64,000 nucleotides of DNA from Planctomycetota bacterium (GTDB lineage Bacteria > Planctomycetota > UBA8108 > SXIK01): assembly GCA_965223265.1 (NCBI GenBank), contig OZ244999.1, forward strand, positions 608,001 through 672,000, given 5' to 3'. Below are positions 18,536 to 27,630 of the stretch, piece by piece. Below the pieces are notes generated by a model. That model worked only from the letters and a program-made list of their open reading frames with translations. It had not been told where the DNA came from and did no database searches. A program made the translations under genes and the position numbers. Numbering within the stretch: position 1 is the stretch's first letter; each line of letters starts with the position of its first letter.

Positions 18536-21500
18536 GATGTTGATCCTGCGCCTGAGACGATGCGCACAGACAGTTGGCGTCGTGTCGAAGCTGCTGCACG
18601 GCCACTTCTGTGCGGTTGTGGCGGCGATGGTCTCTTCTTGGTCGATCGTCGGCGCCAACGCCGCAGACGCCGAAAGAGGGTTTACGATGGCGTCGGGATT
18701 TCAGATCGAGCAGATCGCCACGACCGATCTGGCATTCGACATTCAAGCCTTGACGCTCGACGCAGAGGGACGTGTCGTCGTTTCTGGGCCCGGTTACATC
18801 CGAGTCCTTATGGACCGCGACGACGACGGACTCTTGGATCACGCGCGCGAGATCTACAGCGGCCCGGCGCGCGGAGCGATGGGACTGCTTGCGGACGGTC
18901 GCGGCATCTACTTCGTCGGTGGCGAAGGACTCCATCGCTTGGACGATCACGACGGGGATGGTTTTGCCGACGGCGAACCGACGCTGCTTCTGCCGATCAG
19001 CGCGACCGGAGAGCACGATGCTCATGGCGTCAGGCGCGGCGCGGACGGATTTCTTTATCTGATCGTTGGCAACAGCATTTCAGGGCATGCGGCGCGTGTT
19101 CAAGGTGCCGTGTCGCCGGTTTTGGATCCCTATGCTGGAACGTTGTTGCGGCTGGGGCCAGGCGGGAGCTCCTTCGAGGTTCTCGCGCATGGCCTCCGCA
19201 ACACCTACGACTTCGATTTCGATGCGTTCGGCGAGGTCATTGCGTGGGACTCGGACGGCGAACGCGATGAAGGCTTGCCCTGGTATCGCGGCGCACGTTT
19301 CTATCATCTCACTGCTGGTGCCGACGCGGGCTGGCGGTCTTCGGGATCCGGAAAGCTGCCGCCGCACGCCTGGGACACCGCGGCTCCGGCCGGCGACGTG
19401 GGGCGCGCATCGCCGACAGGTGTCGTCGTCTATCGACACGATCGGTTTCCGCCGCGTTATCGCGGTGGCGTCTTCGCCCTCGACTGGACGTTCGGCCGCG
19501 TGCTGTTTGCGCCACTCAAGGCGCGAGACGGAACGTACGACACGCCGTGGGAGGGCTTCGTGCAGGGCGATGGCGACGTACCCTTCGCGCCGACCGATAT
19601 CGATGTCTCTCCGGACGGGGCATTGATCGTTGCCAGCGGTGGGCGCGGGCTCCCTGGAGGTGTCTTTCGCATCGCTGCGACGAGTTCGCCGCGTGTGGAT
19701 CAGCGTCCGGACGGTCGCCACGCAGCGGCAGGTGCCGCGGAAGATCGCGACGCCGCGCTCGCCCGGGTTCTGCGCGCACCGATGCCGCTCAGCGCATGGT
19801 CGCGCGCGCGGTGGGTGTCGGCCGCCAAAGTGCTGCGGAGCCAGATGTTTCTTAGTGCTCTCGCGTCTCCGCAGTGGACGCCCGCCGAGCGCGTCCGAGC
19901 GCTTGACGCGATCGTCGAGATCGCACCGGGCTCGGCGCCGCAAGCCTTGGCGCGCGTGGTCTCCCTCGGCGACAAGGCCCCGCCGCGACTTGCTGCGCGG
20001 GCCGCGTGGTGGGCCGGTCGGCTCTCCGACACGTCGACGATCCTCGCGTTTCTCGGGCGCGACGATCCGTGGATTGCGCGCACGAGCGTTGAAGCTGCGA
20101 TCTCGGCGCTGGCCACGAACGAGCGTGCTGCATTGGTCCGCAGTGTTTTCCGTCACGCGAGCGCATCCTCGCGTCGCGTGCGTCAGGGCGTGGCGGCGTT
20201 TTTGGCCCATCTGCGGAGCGAGGAGGTGCCGCCTGCGGTCACGACGCGCGAGCGACTGGTGCGCGGGCTCGCCTCGGTGCTTCGCAGCCCGTGGGGAAAG
20301 CTTTCTGCGGCGGCCGTTCATGACGCCCACGCCGTACTCATTTCCAGTGACCTGTCGTCGCTTGCGGTCGAGCCGCGAGGAAGAGTCATGGGGCGCGCTG
20401 CAGCCGATCGTGAGGCGCGACTCGACGCTCTTCGTCTCATCGAGATGGCTTTCGAGCGACTGCAGCCGAAGCGCGACGCCCGCGCTGCTTTTTACGAAGC
20501 TTGGGATGCCGTCCAGCTTGGGCCCTATGCAGACGTCATCAACAGTCTCGACGCGGAGCGCATCGTTCGGCTCGTTAGCTCAAAAGACGCCGCGCTGTCG
20601 CGTCAGGCAGCACGGCTCGTCGCGCTTCTCGGTCTTGGCGGCGAGGATGGTTTCGCAGCGGTGATGGATCGCCTCGGGCTCTCGACACCACCGGGCGAGG
20701 ACATTCTGACGCTATCGTATCTCGCGTGGTCTCCGGAGCTCACGGACGCCGCCGCGGTCGAGCGTCTGACCGACGCTTTTCTTGGCCTCTCATGGAAGGT
20801 GCAGTCGGGGCGCGTCGCTCGCGACCAGCGTTGGCATCGCTTCCTACAGATTGTCGCGACGCGCCTCTTCTCTCGCCGCCCACAAGTTGCGACAGCGCTC
20901 GTCGCAGACGGGCGGTTCGGTTCTCCGGATGACATCTCACTGACGCTGGCGATGGACGAAGCCGGACAGCAGCAAGCGTTGGCGAAGATCTTGGCACGAC
21001 CGTTCCCGACGGCGGCGGACGATCGTCGCCGCGTCGTCATGCTGCTCGCGCGGTTTCCGACTCTTTCGCGCGACGCGCTTCACGCGCTAGTCGACGACGA
21101 GGCCCTCATAACGACCGTTCTGGATGCCTTGGCGAGCGCACCGACCGTGCGCGAGGCGGACGTCTTCCGCCGTGTGCTCGAGGAAGGAGACCGCAACGTC
21201 GTCGGGGCGGCGGCGCGCGGACTGGCGCAGCTGGCGGTACCGGCCCCCGCGAGCGAGGCGTTCGAGGTCGAGTTGTTGGCGCTCCTGCGTTGGGCGTACG
21301 TGCTCGACGCGGACACGACGCAGATTGGAGCGCGCGATGCCGTCGCTGTCCGCATCCAACAACTCGCCTCTGTGCTGAGCACCCAGAGCCCTGAAGTAAC
21401 TGTGGGGGCGCAGTATGAGCCTGAAGCTAAGACGACGCAGCGGGCTGCGATCGACGCTTGGCGGCAGCTCTTCGAGCTCGCCATCCCTGAGCTCAAAGCT

Positions 21501-22028
21501 GAGCTTGAGGCCATCGTCGCCGAGCTGAAGTCGGATGAGGAGCGTGTACGCCGGATCGTCCAGGAGGCGCAGTGGGAGTCCGGCGACGCGGCGCGCGGTG
21601 CGGCGGTGTTCGAGCGTCTCAGCTGCCACAGTTGCCACCACGTCGGTGGCCGCGGCGTCAAGGTGGGCCCGGACCTCGCCGGCATCGGGTCTCGTTTTGG
21701 CCCCGGGGAGATCGTTCTCGCGATCGGCCTTCCGAACCGTGACGTGCCCGATCGTTACCGCGCCGAAACGATCGTTTTGCGCAGCGGCGAGACACTCGCA
21801 GGTCTTGCCGTCTACGATTCACGGCAGGCGGTTCTTCTGCGTACAAGAAGCGGCGACTTTCGTCGCGTTGCTACTGAGGACATGGCACTCCGCGTACGAT
21901 CCGACGCGTCGATCATGCCAACGGGGCTCCTCGAGCGTATGAACTTGGCAGAGATTGTCGACTTGGTGGCGTATTTGCGTGCGGGTTCGTCGCCTCGCGA
22001 CCCCGCCACGGCTGGGTTCGGGCGTTGA
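18519..22028 (+). CDS. PVC-type heme-binding CxxCH protein (dehydrogenase-like propeller, helical repeats, cytochrome c)
   Basis: N-terminal GFQIEQIA, DRDDDG, HGLRNTYDFDFD; C-terminal GDAARGAAVF..CHSCH..VGPDL..SIMPTGL. Exact start uncertain (18519/18528/18537). Confidence 0.88.
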   Translation: MRGMTEMLILRLRRCAQTVGVVSKLLHGHFCAVVAAMVSSWSIVGANAADAERGFTMASGFQIEQIATTDLAFDIQALTLDAEGRVVVSGPGYIRVLMDRDDDGLLDHAREIYSGPARGAMGLLADGRGIYFVGGEGLHRLDDHDGDGFADGEPTLLLPISATGEHDAHGVRRGADGFLYLIVGNSISGHAARVQGAVSPVLDPYAGTLLRLGPGGSSFEVLAHGLRNTYDFDFDAFGEVIAWDSDGERDEGLPWYRGARFYHLTAGADAGWRSSGSGKLPPHAWDTAAPAGDVGRASPTGVVVYRHDRFPPRYRGGVFALDWTFGRVLFAPLKARDGTYDTPWEGFVQGDGDVPFAPTDIDVSPDGALIVASGGRGLPGGVFRIAATSSPRVDQRPDGRHAAAGAAEDRDAALARVLRAPMPLSAWSRARWVSAAKVLRSQMFLSALASPQWTPAERVRALDAIVEIAPGSAPQALARVVSLGDKAPPRLAARAAWWAGRLSDTSTILAFLGRDDPWIARTSVEAAISALATNERAALVRSVFRHASASSRRVRQGVAAFLAHLRSEEVPPAVTTRERLVRGLASVLRSPWGKLSAAAVHDAHAVLISSDLSSLAVEPRGRVMGRAAADREARLDALRLIEMAFERLQPKRDARAAFYEAWDAVQLGPYADVINSLDAERIVRLVSSKDAALSRQAARLVALLGLGGEDGFAAVMDRLGLSTPPGEDILTLSYLAWSPELTDAAAVERLTDAFLGLSWKVQSGRVARDQRWHRFLQIVATRLFSRRPQVATALVADGRFGSPDDISLTLAMDEAGQQQALAKILARPFPTAADDRRRVVMLLARFPTLSRDALHALVDDEALITTVLDALASAPTVREADVFRRVLEEGDRNVVGAAARGLAQLAVPAPASEAFEVELLALLRWAYVLDADTTQIGARDAVAVRIQQLASVLSTQSPEVTVGAQYEPEAKTTQRAAIDAWRQLFELAIPELKAELEAIVAELKSDEERVRRIVQEAQWESGDAARGAAVFERLSCHSCHHVGGRGVKVGPDLAGIGSRFGPGEIVLAIGLPNRDVPDRYRAETIVLRSGETLAGLAVYDSRQAVLLRTRSGDFRRVATEDMALRVRSDASIMPTGLLERMNLAEIVDLVAYLRAGSSPRDPATAGFGR

Positions 22029-22594
22029 CGGGAGTTACTGTGGACCTGACACAGATTCTAGCCTCTGCCCAATCGGGCGACTCAGCGGCGCGCGCCGAGG
22101 TTGTCAGGGCCGCCTACGAAGACCTGCGGAAGCTTGCTGCAGCGAGGATGTGGGACGAACGACAGAATCACACCCTGACCGCCACGGCGCTCGTCCACGA
22201 AGTCTCCATCAAGCTTCTCAATGAGACCCAGCTCCCAGTGGCGGGGCGCGCACAGTTCATGGCGTACGTGTCGAAGGCGATGCGTCACCTGCTCATCGAT
22301 CACGCCCGCGGTCGCGGCCGGCAGAAGCGTGGTGGCGACCGAAAAAAGCTCGTCTTTGAAGACGCTCTTGTCGCCAGTGAAGAGCAGAGCGAGGAATTGA
22401 TCGAACTGCATCATGCGCTCGAGCGATTGACTGAGGTCGACCGCCGCAAAGCCGACGTCGTCGAGATGCGATACTTCGGAGGGCTGTCGATCGAGCAGAC
22501 CGCTGCAGCTCTCGAGGTGTCAACCGCGACCGTGAAGCGGGATTGGGAGCTGGCCAAGGCATGGCTTCGACGCGAACTAACGGATAAGTCGTGA
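22025..22594 (+). CDS. ECF sigma factor, kinase-associated type (TIGR02999/ECF43-like)
   Basis: YEDLRKLAA, HTLTATALVHE, MRHLLIDHARGRGRQKRGG, VVEMRYFGGLS, TVKRDWELAKAWL; TTG start overlaps upstream TGA. Confidence 0.92.
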   Translation: MTGVTVDLTQILASAQSGDSAARAEVVRAAYEDLRKLAAARMWDERQNHTLTATALVHEVSIKLLNETQLPVAGRAQFMAYVSKAMRHLLIDHARGRGRQKRGGDRKKLVFEDALVASEEQSEELIELHHALERLTEVDRRKADVVEMRYFGGLSIEQTAAALEVSTATVKRDWELAKAWLRRELTDKS

Positions 22595-22609
22595 GCGTTG
22601 ACCGGTGTG

Positions 22610-24988
22610 CTACCGGACGCGGTAGAGGTGCCCAGGCTCCGCGTCAACCTCGCGGTCGGCCAAGTCGATCAACTGCAGCCCCGAGCCGGCCACGAGATCC
22701 TTGACGATCCGGGTGACGACGACCTCGCCGGCCTGGCTCGCGGCAACGACATTCGCTGCGACGTCGACCGCGGGTCCTTCGATCGCATCGTCGCTCAGCG
22801 TGATCTCGCCTGTATGAACGCAGAGTCGCGCGCCAGAGACCGACGCGGCAATCGCCTTGGCGCATCGTATCGCCCTTACGGGCCCCTCAAACGTTGAGAC
22901 GTAGACGCCGTGCCTCGAGGTGACTTCGGCGCCGCGATGAGACTTGACTTGATCGCGCACACGATGGAGCGTCGAGTCGCTGGCGGAGGCGTCCGTCCGA
23001 ATTGCGAGCACCGTGGCGAGCACGCGTTCGCGCGTGTCGTGATCCGGGAGAAGCTGCAGAAACTCGCGGATGGCTTGCAGCTCGCCGTCTACGGGATCGC
23101 CGACGAACGGGATGTGGTCCACATAGTCTGACTTGTAGCGAACCGCACCGGGTATGTTCTCCGCTAAGAAACGACTCGCGTCGGGATCGATTAAACAGTC
23201 ACGTGTGCGATTGATCACGAGGGTCGGCGCCTGGATCGATGGCAAGACGCGGGTGATGTCGATCTGGCTGTTCATACGCATCACACTGATGGCGGCACCA
23301 GGATTGGCGCCGAGACGTTCGAACTTTCCCCACCACTCCTGAAATTCAGCGTCGCCTGCCATCGACGGCGCGAACGCGGGCAGACTCGCGCCGGAACCCC
23401 AAGCGCTGCGAATGTAGTCGAAAAGCTGCTCGAGCGCCTCCGGCGTTTCAAACCACGAGGTGAAGCGTGCAAACGAGCCGTGAAGGATGAGCGCATCGCA
23501 TCGCTGTGGATACGTCGCAGCGAAGACGCAGGCGAGCGAGCCGCCTTCGGAGATTCCCAACACCGCGGCTGTCTCGAAGCCGGCAGCGTCCATTACCGCG
23601 CAGACGTCCTCAATGCGCTCTTCCATGTTGGGAAGGTCGGTGACTCGATCCGAAAGGCCGGTTCCTCTCTTGTCGAACATGCCAACGCGCGCGAAACTTC
23701 CGAGCCGCTTCAGCCACGAGGCACACTGCGGGCTGGCCCAGTAGTTGTCGATGTTCGAGATGAACCCTGGCGCGAGAAGTAGATTGATGGGCCCGTCACC
23801 GAACACTTGGTAAGCGATATGGATGTCACCACATCTCGCGTACTGAGTCTTTGGAATGGATTCAGCTGTGGTGGGCGGTGGGCTCAGTGTCGAAGAAGTG
23901 CGCGTCGCTGTGGAATCTTCGATGTCGAGGCTGCCGCGAATGGTCTTCAGTTCCGTCGCCGCCTCCTTTGCTGACGGTCGCTCCGACGCCTCAGCCCGGA
24001 GCATCTTTGCGACGAGCGTTTCGAGTCGGGTGGGGATGCCAGTTGTCTGCTGCGAGACCGGCGGTGGGGACGCAGCCACGACGTTACGCAGAGTCTCGAC
24101 CGACGAAGCTCCCAGAAAGGGGTTCTTTCCGGCGAGCATCTCGTAGAGCATCGTCCCCATGGAGAAGATATCGGTTGAGCACTGGAGTGCTTCCCCAGCG
24201 GACTGTTCGGGTGACATGTATGGAATGGTTCCCGGCACCATCGACGTCCGCGTCAGACTTTGATCCGCCGCGGGCTGCTGCGGTCGCGCCAGCCCGAAGT
24301 CGAGGATCTTTACGTGTCCGTCTGACGACACCATGATGTTCTCGGGTTTGATGTCGCGATGCAGCAACTCTCGTTCGTGAGCTGCGGCAAGCCCGGCAGC
24401 GATTCCGGTCGCGATCTCGACGGACTCTTTGATCGACAAACGATCGTCGATCAGCTTACGTAGCGACCTGCCCTCGATGTACTCCATGACCGCGAGTTGA
24501 AAGTCGTCATGGCTGCCGACGTCGTAGATCTCCATCACGTTTGGATGCGAGAACGCAGCCGCTGAGCGCATCTCGCGATCGAAGCGCTCGCGCATCTCGG
24601 GGTTGCCAGCGTTGGCACGACTCAGAACCTTGATCGCGACATCGCGCCCGAGACGAGAATCGGTGGCGCGGTAGACGCGGCCCATGCCGCCGGCTCCCAC
24701 CGCCTCATGAATCGTGTAACGTTCCATGAGCACGTCGCCGCGCTGGAGGAGACCGCGCTGTAGTGACGCGCCCGATAGGAGCTCGCTTGGCGTCTCGAGG
24801 TCTGATCCTTGACCGCCCGGGAGAAACTCGTCCGACTCGCGTGTCGCGGCGAGGAGCGAAACGACGTCGGAGCGTAGCGCGTCGTCCCCGCCGCAGGCGT
24901 CGTCGAGAAAACGCGCAACTTGATCCTGCGGGAGTGAGATGGCCAGCTCAAGAAGCTCGAGGGCACGCCGAGCGCGATCCGTGCTCAT
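22610..24988 (-). CDS. Ser/Thr protein kinase fused to alpha/beta hydrolase and degenerate class III cyclase-like domain
   Basis: GAGGMGRVY, VAIK, HRDIKPEN, DFG, YMSPEQ; then IAYQVFGDGP, FDKRGTGLSDR, GISEGG; then RVLATVL...TFEGPVRAIRCA...HTGEI...G.AV..A. Confidence 0.9.
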   Translation of the reverse strand: MSTDRARRALELLELAISLPQDQVARFLDDACGGDDALRSDVVSLLAATRESDEFLPGGQGSDLETPSELLSGASLQRGLLQRGDVLMERYTIHEAVGAGGMGRVYRATDSRLGRDVAIKVLSRANAGNPEMRERFDREMRSAAAFSHPNVMEIYDVGSHDDFQLAVMEYIEGRSLRKLIDDRLSIKESVEIATGIAAGLAAAHERELLHRDIKPENIMVSSDGHVKILDFGLARPQQPAADQSLTRTSMVPGTIPYMSPEQSAGEALQCSTDIFSMGTMLYEMLAGKNPFLGASSVETLRNVVAASPPPVSQQTTGIPTRLETLVAKMLRAEASERPSAKEAATELKTIRGSLDIEDSTATRTSSTLSPPPTTAESIPKTQYARCGDIHIAYQVFGDGPINLLLAPGFISNIDNYWASPQCASWLKRLGSFARVGMFDKRGTGLSDRVTDLPNMEERIEDVCAVMDAAGFETAAVLGISEGGSLACVFAATYPQRCDALILHGSFARFTSWFETPEALEQLFDYIRSAWGSGASLPAFAPSMAGDAEFQEWWGKFERLGANPGAAISVMRMNSQIDITRVLPSIQAPTLVINRTRDCLIDPDASRFLAENIPGAVRYKSDYVDHIPFVGDPVDGELQAIREFLQLLPDHDTRERVLATVLAIRTDASASDSTLHRVRDQVKSHRGAEVTSRHGVYVSTFEGPVRAIRCAKAIAASVSGARLCVHTGEITLSDDAIEGPAVDVAANVVAASQAGEVVVTRIVKDLVAGSGLQLIDLADREVDAEPGHLYRVR

Positions 24989-25131
24989 GTTGTCCCAGAA
25001 GGAGTTGTCGAAGTTTTAAAAGACTCAGCTTACAAGACTCTGAAGAGCGGTGCAATCGGTGCACCGCTTGCAAGTCGCGCCTCCTGCTTGAGACGTAATG
25101 GTGACTTCGTTCGAGTGAGAGCGGAGCAACG

Positions 25132-25165
25132 AAAAAGGCCACCCGGCGCGTGACCGGGCGGCCTT
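25132..25165 (-). terminator. Rho-independent terminator after the minus-strand protease gene
   Basis: Minus strand AAGGCCGCCCGG-TCACGCG-CCGGGTGGCCTTTTT. Confidence 0.65.
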
Positions 25166-25189
25166 CGTGAGGTGTGTACGCGCCAGCCG

Positions 25190-26815
25190 TTAGCCGCGGC
25201 AGCCGTCGATCTCGGAGCAACCGACGATCGACACGCACGCCGTCGTGGTGCCCAAGGGATGTCCGCTGTCGCCAAGAAAGAGGTGCAGGAGGCTGGCGAC
25301 TGCGTCTGAAAGATCGATTTGAGCGTCACCATTCCAGTCGAGCAGCGCTACGTCTCCAGCGCCTGGAGTCGCACTCTGGCTGCAAGGGAAGGTCGACGGC
25401 GAACCAAGAAACAGCGTGCCAAGCAGACTGAGTGAGTCGGAGAGATCCACACTGCCGTCTTGGTTGGCATCGCCGGGGAACTGGAAGCCGCCTTCGTCTT
25501 CGGTCGGCTCACCGACGACGACAACGATCTCGGCGCTGGCGCTTTGGCCCATCGAGTCGGTGACGGTGAGCCGGACGACGTGCGTACCTAGTGAGGCGTT
25601 TCGCATCTCGACGATCGGCCCGCTGCCCAGTTCGCCTTCGCGATCTGAGGTCCAGACATACGCGCTTGGCGGGAAGTCATCGTCTTCGCGATCCGAGGCT
25701 GAGCCACTCAGGCGGATCAGGTCGCCTGCGGCAACCTCGAGCTCGCCGCCTTGAAGGATCCAAGCGGACGGCGGCATATCGGCAATCGCAAACGCAGACG
25801 TGGCGACAGCCGTCGTCCGCAGGCCGTCAGAGACCGCGACGCGGAAGCGGCCATCATCCGTGCCGCGCAGCGACTTGACTGGGGCGTCGAGACGGGTTCC
25901 CTCGAGATCCTTCCCGAGGTTCTCCCAGGTGCGACCGCCATCGGCGCTGAACTGAACCCACGCCCGCGTCGGGTCGCGGTCGGCGTCGACGGCGTTCCAC
26001 TCAAGCGTGATCGTTCCGTCCGGCTCATGGGTCTCTCCATCTGCCGAAGTGAGGATCACGACTTCGGGCGGCGACAGGCTGACGTTGCGCCCACCGAGTA
26101 CGCGAATCTCAATCGCGTCGTAGATCTCGATCCTTGCTGCGTTCTTGGGAAAGATAACGAAGGTGTCGATGATTTGTAGCCCGTCGTTTGAAGTTGGATT
26201 TGGCTCCGGTGTGAATCCGCGCCGGGCAAGAAGCGTGCCGCTGGCGTCACGGGCGCGAACCTCAAGCTGGCCGTTCTCCGGTCGCGGCAGAATCATGGTC
26301 GGAATGTCGTGCACCCAGATCGTCTGCAGCTGAAGACCGCCAGAGCCGATCAGGCCGCGGACGAATGCGACGCGGGTCGTACCGTCGGTCTGATCCGGCG
26401 GAGCTCGATCCGCGGCCGAGCGTGGGATCGCCCGCGAGAAACCGCCCTCAAAAAGGTGTCTCCACGTGTAGTCGGAGATCCACGGACGCGTGCCGTACGA
26501 CATGACGTCGTGCGCGAAGGTTTTGTCGATTGCGTCCCAGAGGGGAATCGCTTCTCGAGTGAATGCGTTGAAGCCGGTCGCGCCCAGACGGCCACTCGTG
26601 TACGGGTAGTTCGGATCGGGGTCCGTTGCAGCTGGGCCGGGAGTGTGCTTGCGACCGAGTGCATGCCCGAGCTCGTGCGCTACCTTCACTGGATCAAAGT
26701 TCGACGCCGTGGCGGGAATGCCGACGTCGGCGATCCCCTTGGGCCGCTCGCCGCGATAGGCTTGTAGCCGCGCAAGGAATTCTGAAGAAACGACACGGTC
26801 CTCGTGCGTGCGAGA
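25190..26815 (-). pseudogene. Apparently 5'-truncated zinc metalloprotease with Ig-like domains and C-terminal dockerin-like domain
   Basis: HELGHALGRKH and Met-turn HDVMSY. Frame is open only up to a TGA at 26818-26816, with no ATG or signal peptide before the active site. C-terminus PGDANQDGSVDLSD...DWNGDAQIDLSD. Confidence 0.6.
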
Positions 26816-27012
26816 TCAGCTCGACGAGAGGCTGCGATCGCGCAGGCATAACTCAATCGTTGGAATTGAGTTAGGAGGAAGGGGGGCGGCACTGCACCGG
26901 GTGGCGCGTCAGCGTCCGACCGGAAGCCATGAGTCAGAGCAAGACGGTCGTGAGGGGCGCGACGCCGTGCGGGAATGTTTCCGGCGCACTCCGTTGTCAA
27001 CTCCGAACGACG

Positions 27013-27156
27013 GCACGCCCTCGCGCACGCCCTCGCGCACGCTTTCGCACACGCTTTCGCACACGCGCACGCCCTCGCTTTCGCACACGCACACGCACAC
27101 GCTTTCGCACACGCACACGCACACGCTTTCGCACACGCACACGCACACGCACACGC
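27013..27156. repeat. 24 tandem hexamers NNNCGC (ACACGC/GCACGC/TTTCGC/CCTCGC)
   Basis: Read directly; strict 6-bp period. Confidence 0.92.
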
Positions 27157-27310
27157 CCCGCACTCGGACCGGGAACGGGAACGGCCGATGCCGACAGGGC
27201 CTCACGGCACACAGAGAGGCTGTGAGTCTTTGAGAACGAGCGGTGGCGTCATGGTCGACGGTCACGTGCAGAACGGCACACAGGCGTGTGCCTGCTACGT
27301 TGAAGAGGCG

Positions 27311-27369
27311 CCCACGTCCACGGTCACGGTCACGGTCACGCCCACGCACGCACGCACGCACGCATACGC
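27311..27369. repeat. (CACGGT)n followed by (CACG)n short tandem repeats
   Basis: cccacgtccacggtcacggtcacggtcacgcccacgcacgcacgcacgcacgcatacgc. Confidence 0.85.
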
Positions 27370-27480
27370 CTGACGTGCGAACACGATTGTTAGCGAATTC
27401 TTCGCCGTAGCTTAACCAACTTTCGAAAGCACTCGCTCTCTGGCCGGACTGGTGACCGCGTTTCGGTAACGAGGAACTGA

Positions 27481-27508
27481 TTGACGTCGCCGCGGACCGT
27501 AGGATAAT
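27481..27508 (+). promoter_or_regulatory. Possible sigma70 promoter for the 27631 gene
   Basis: TTGACG-16 nt-GATAAT; the -10 element is imperfect. Confidence 0.3.
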
Positions 27509-27630
27509 TCAGCGGCACGGTTGCCTGGAGTTCGAGAACCTCACGACACCTCAAGGCGTCGTGAGCGGTTGTCTACGATCGCGAGATCGTTTCGGGTAAC
27601 CGGTGTGCGGTGTCAACTTCGAGAGTCACT

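Noticed and set aside
26808-27373. His/Ala-rich or Cys/Val-rich ORFs (also 35677..36210 and 57141..57443)
   Set aside because: All frames are open only because of tandem repeats; no convincing RBS. A metal-binding peptide cannot be fully excluded.
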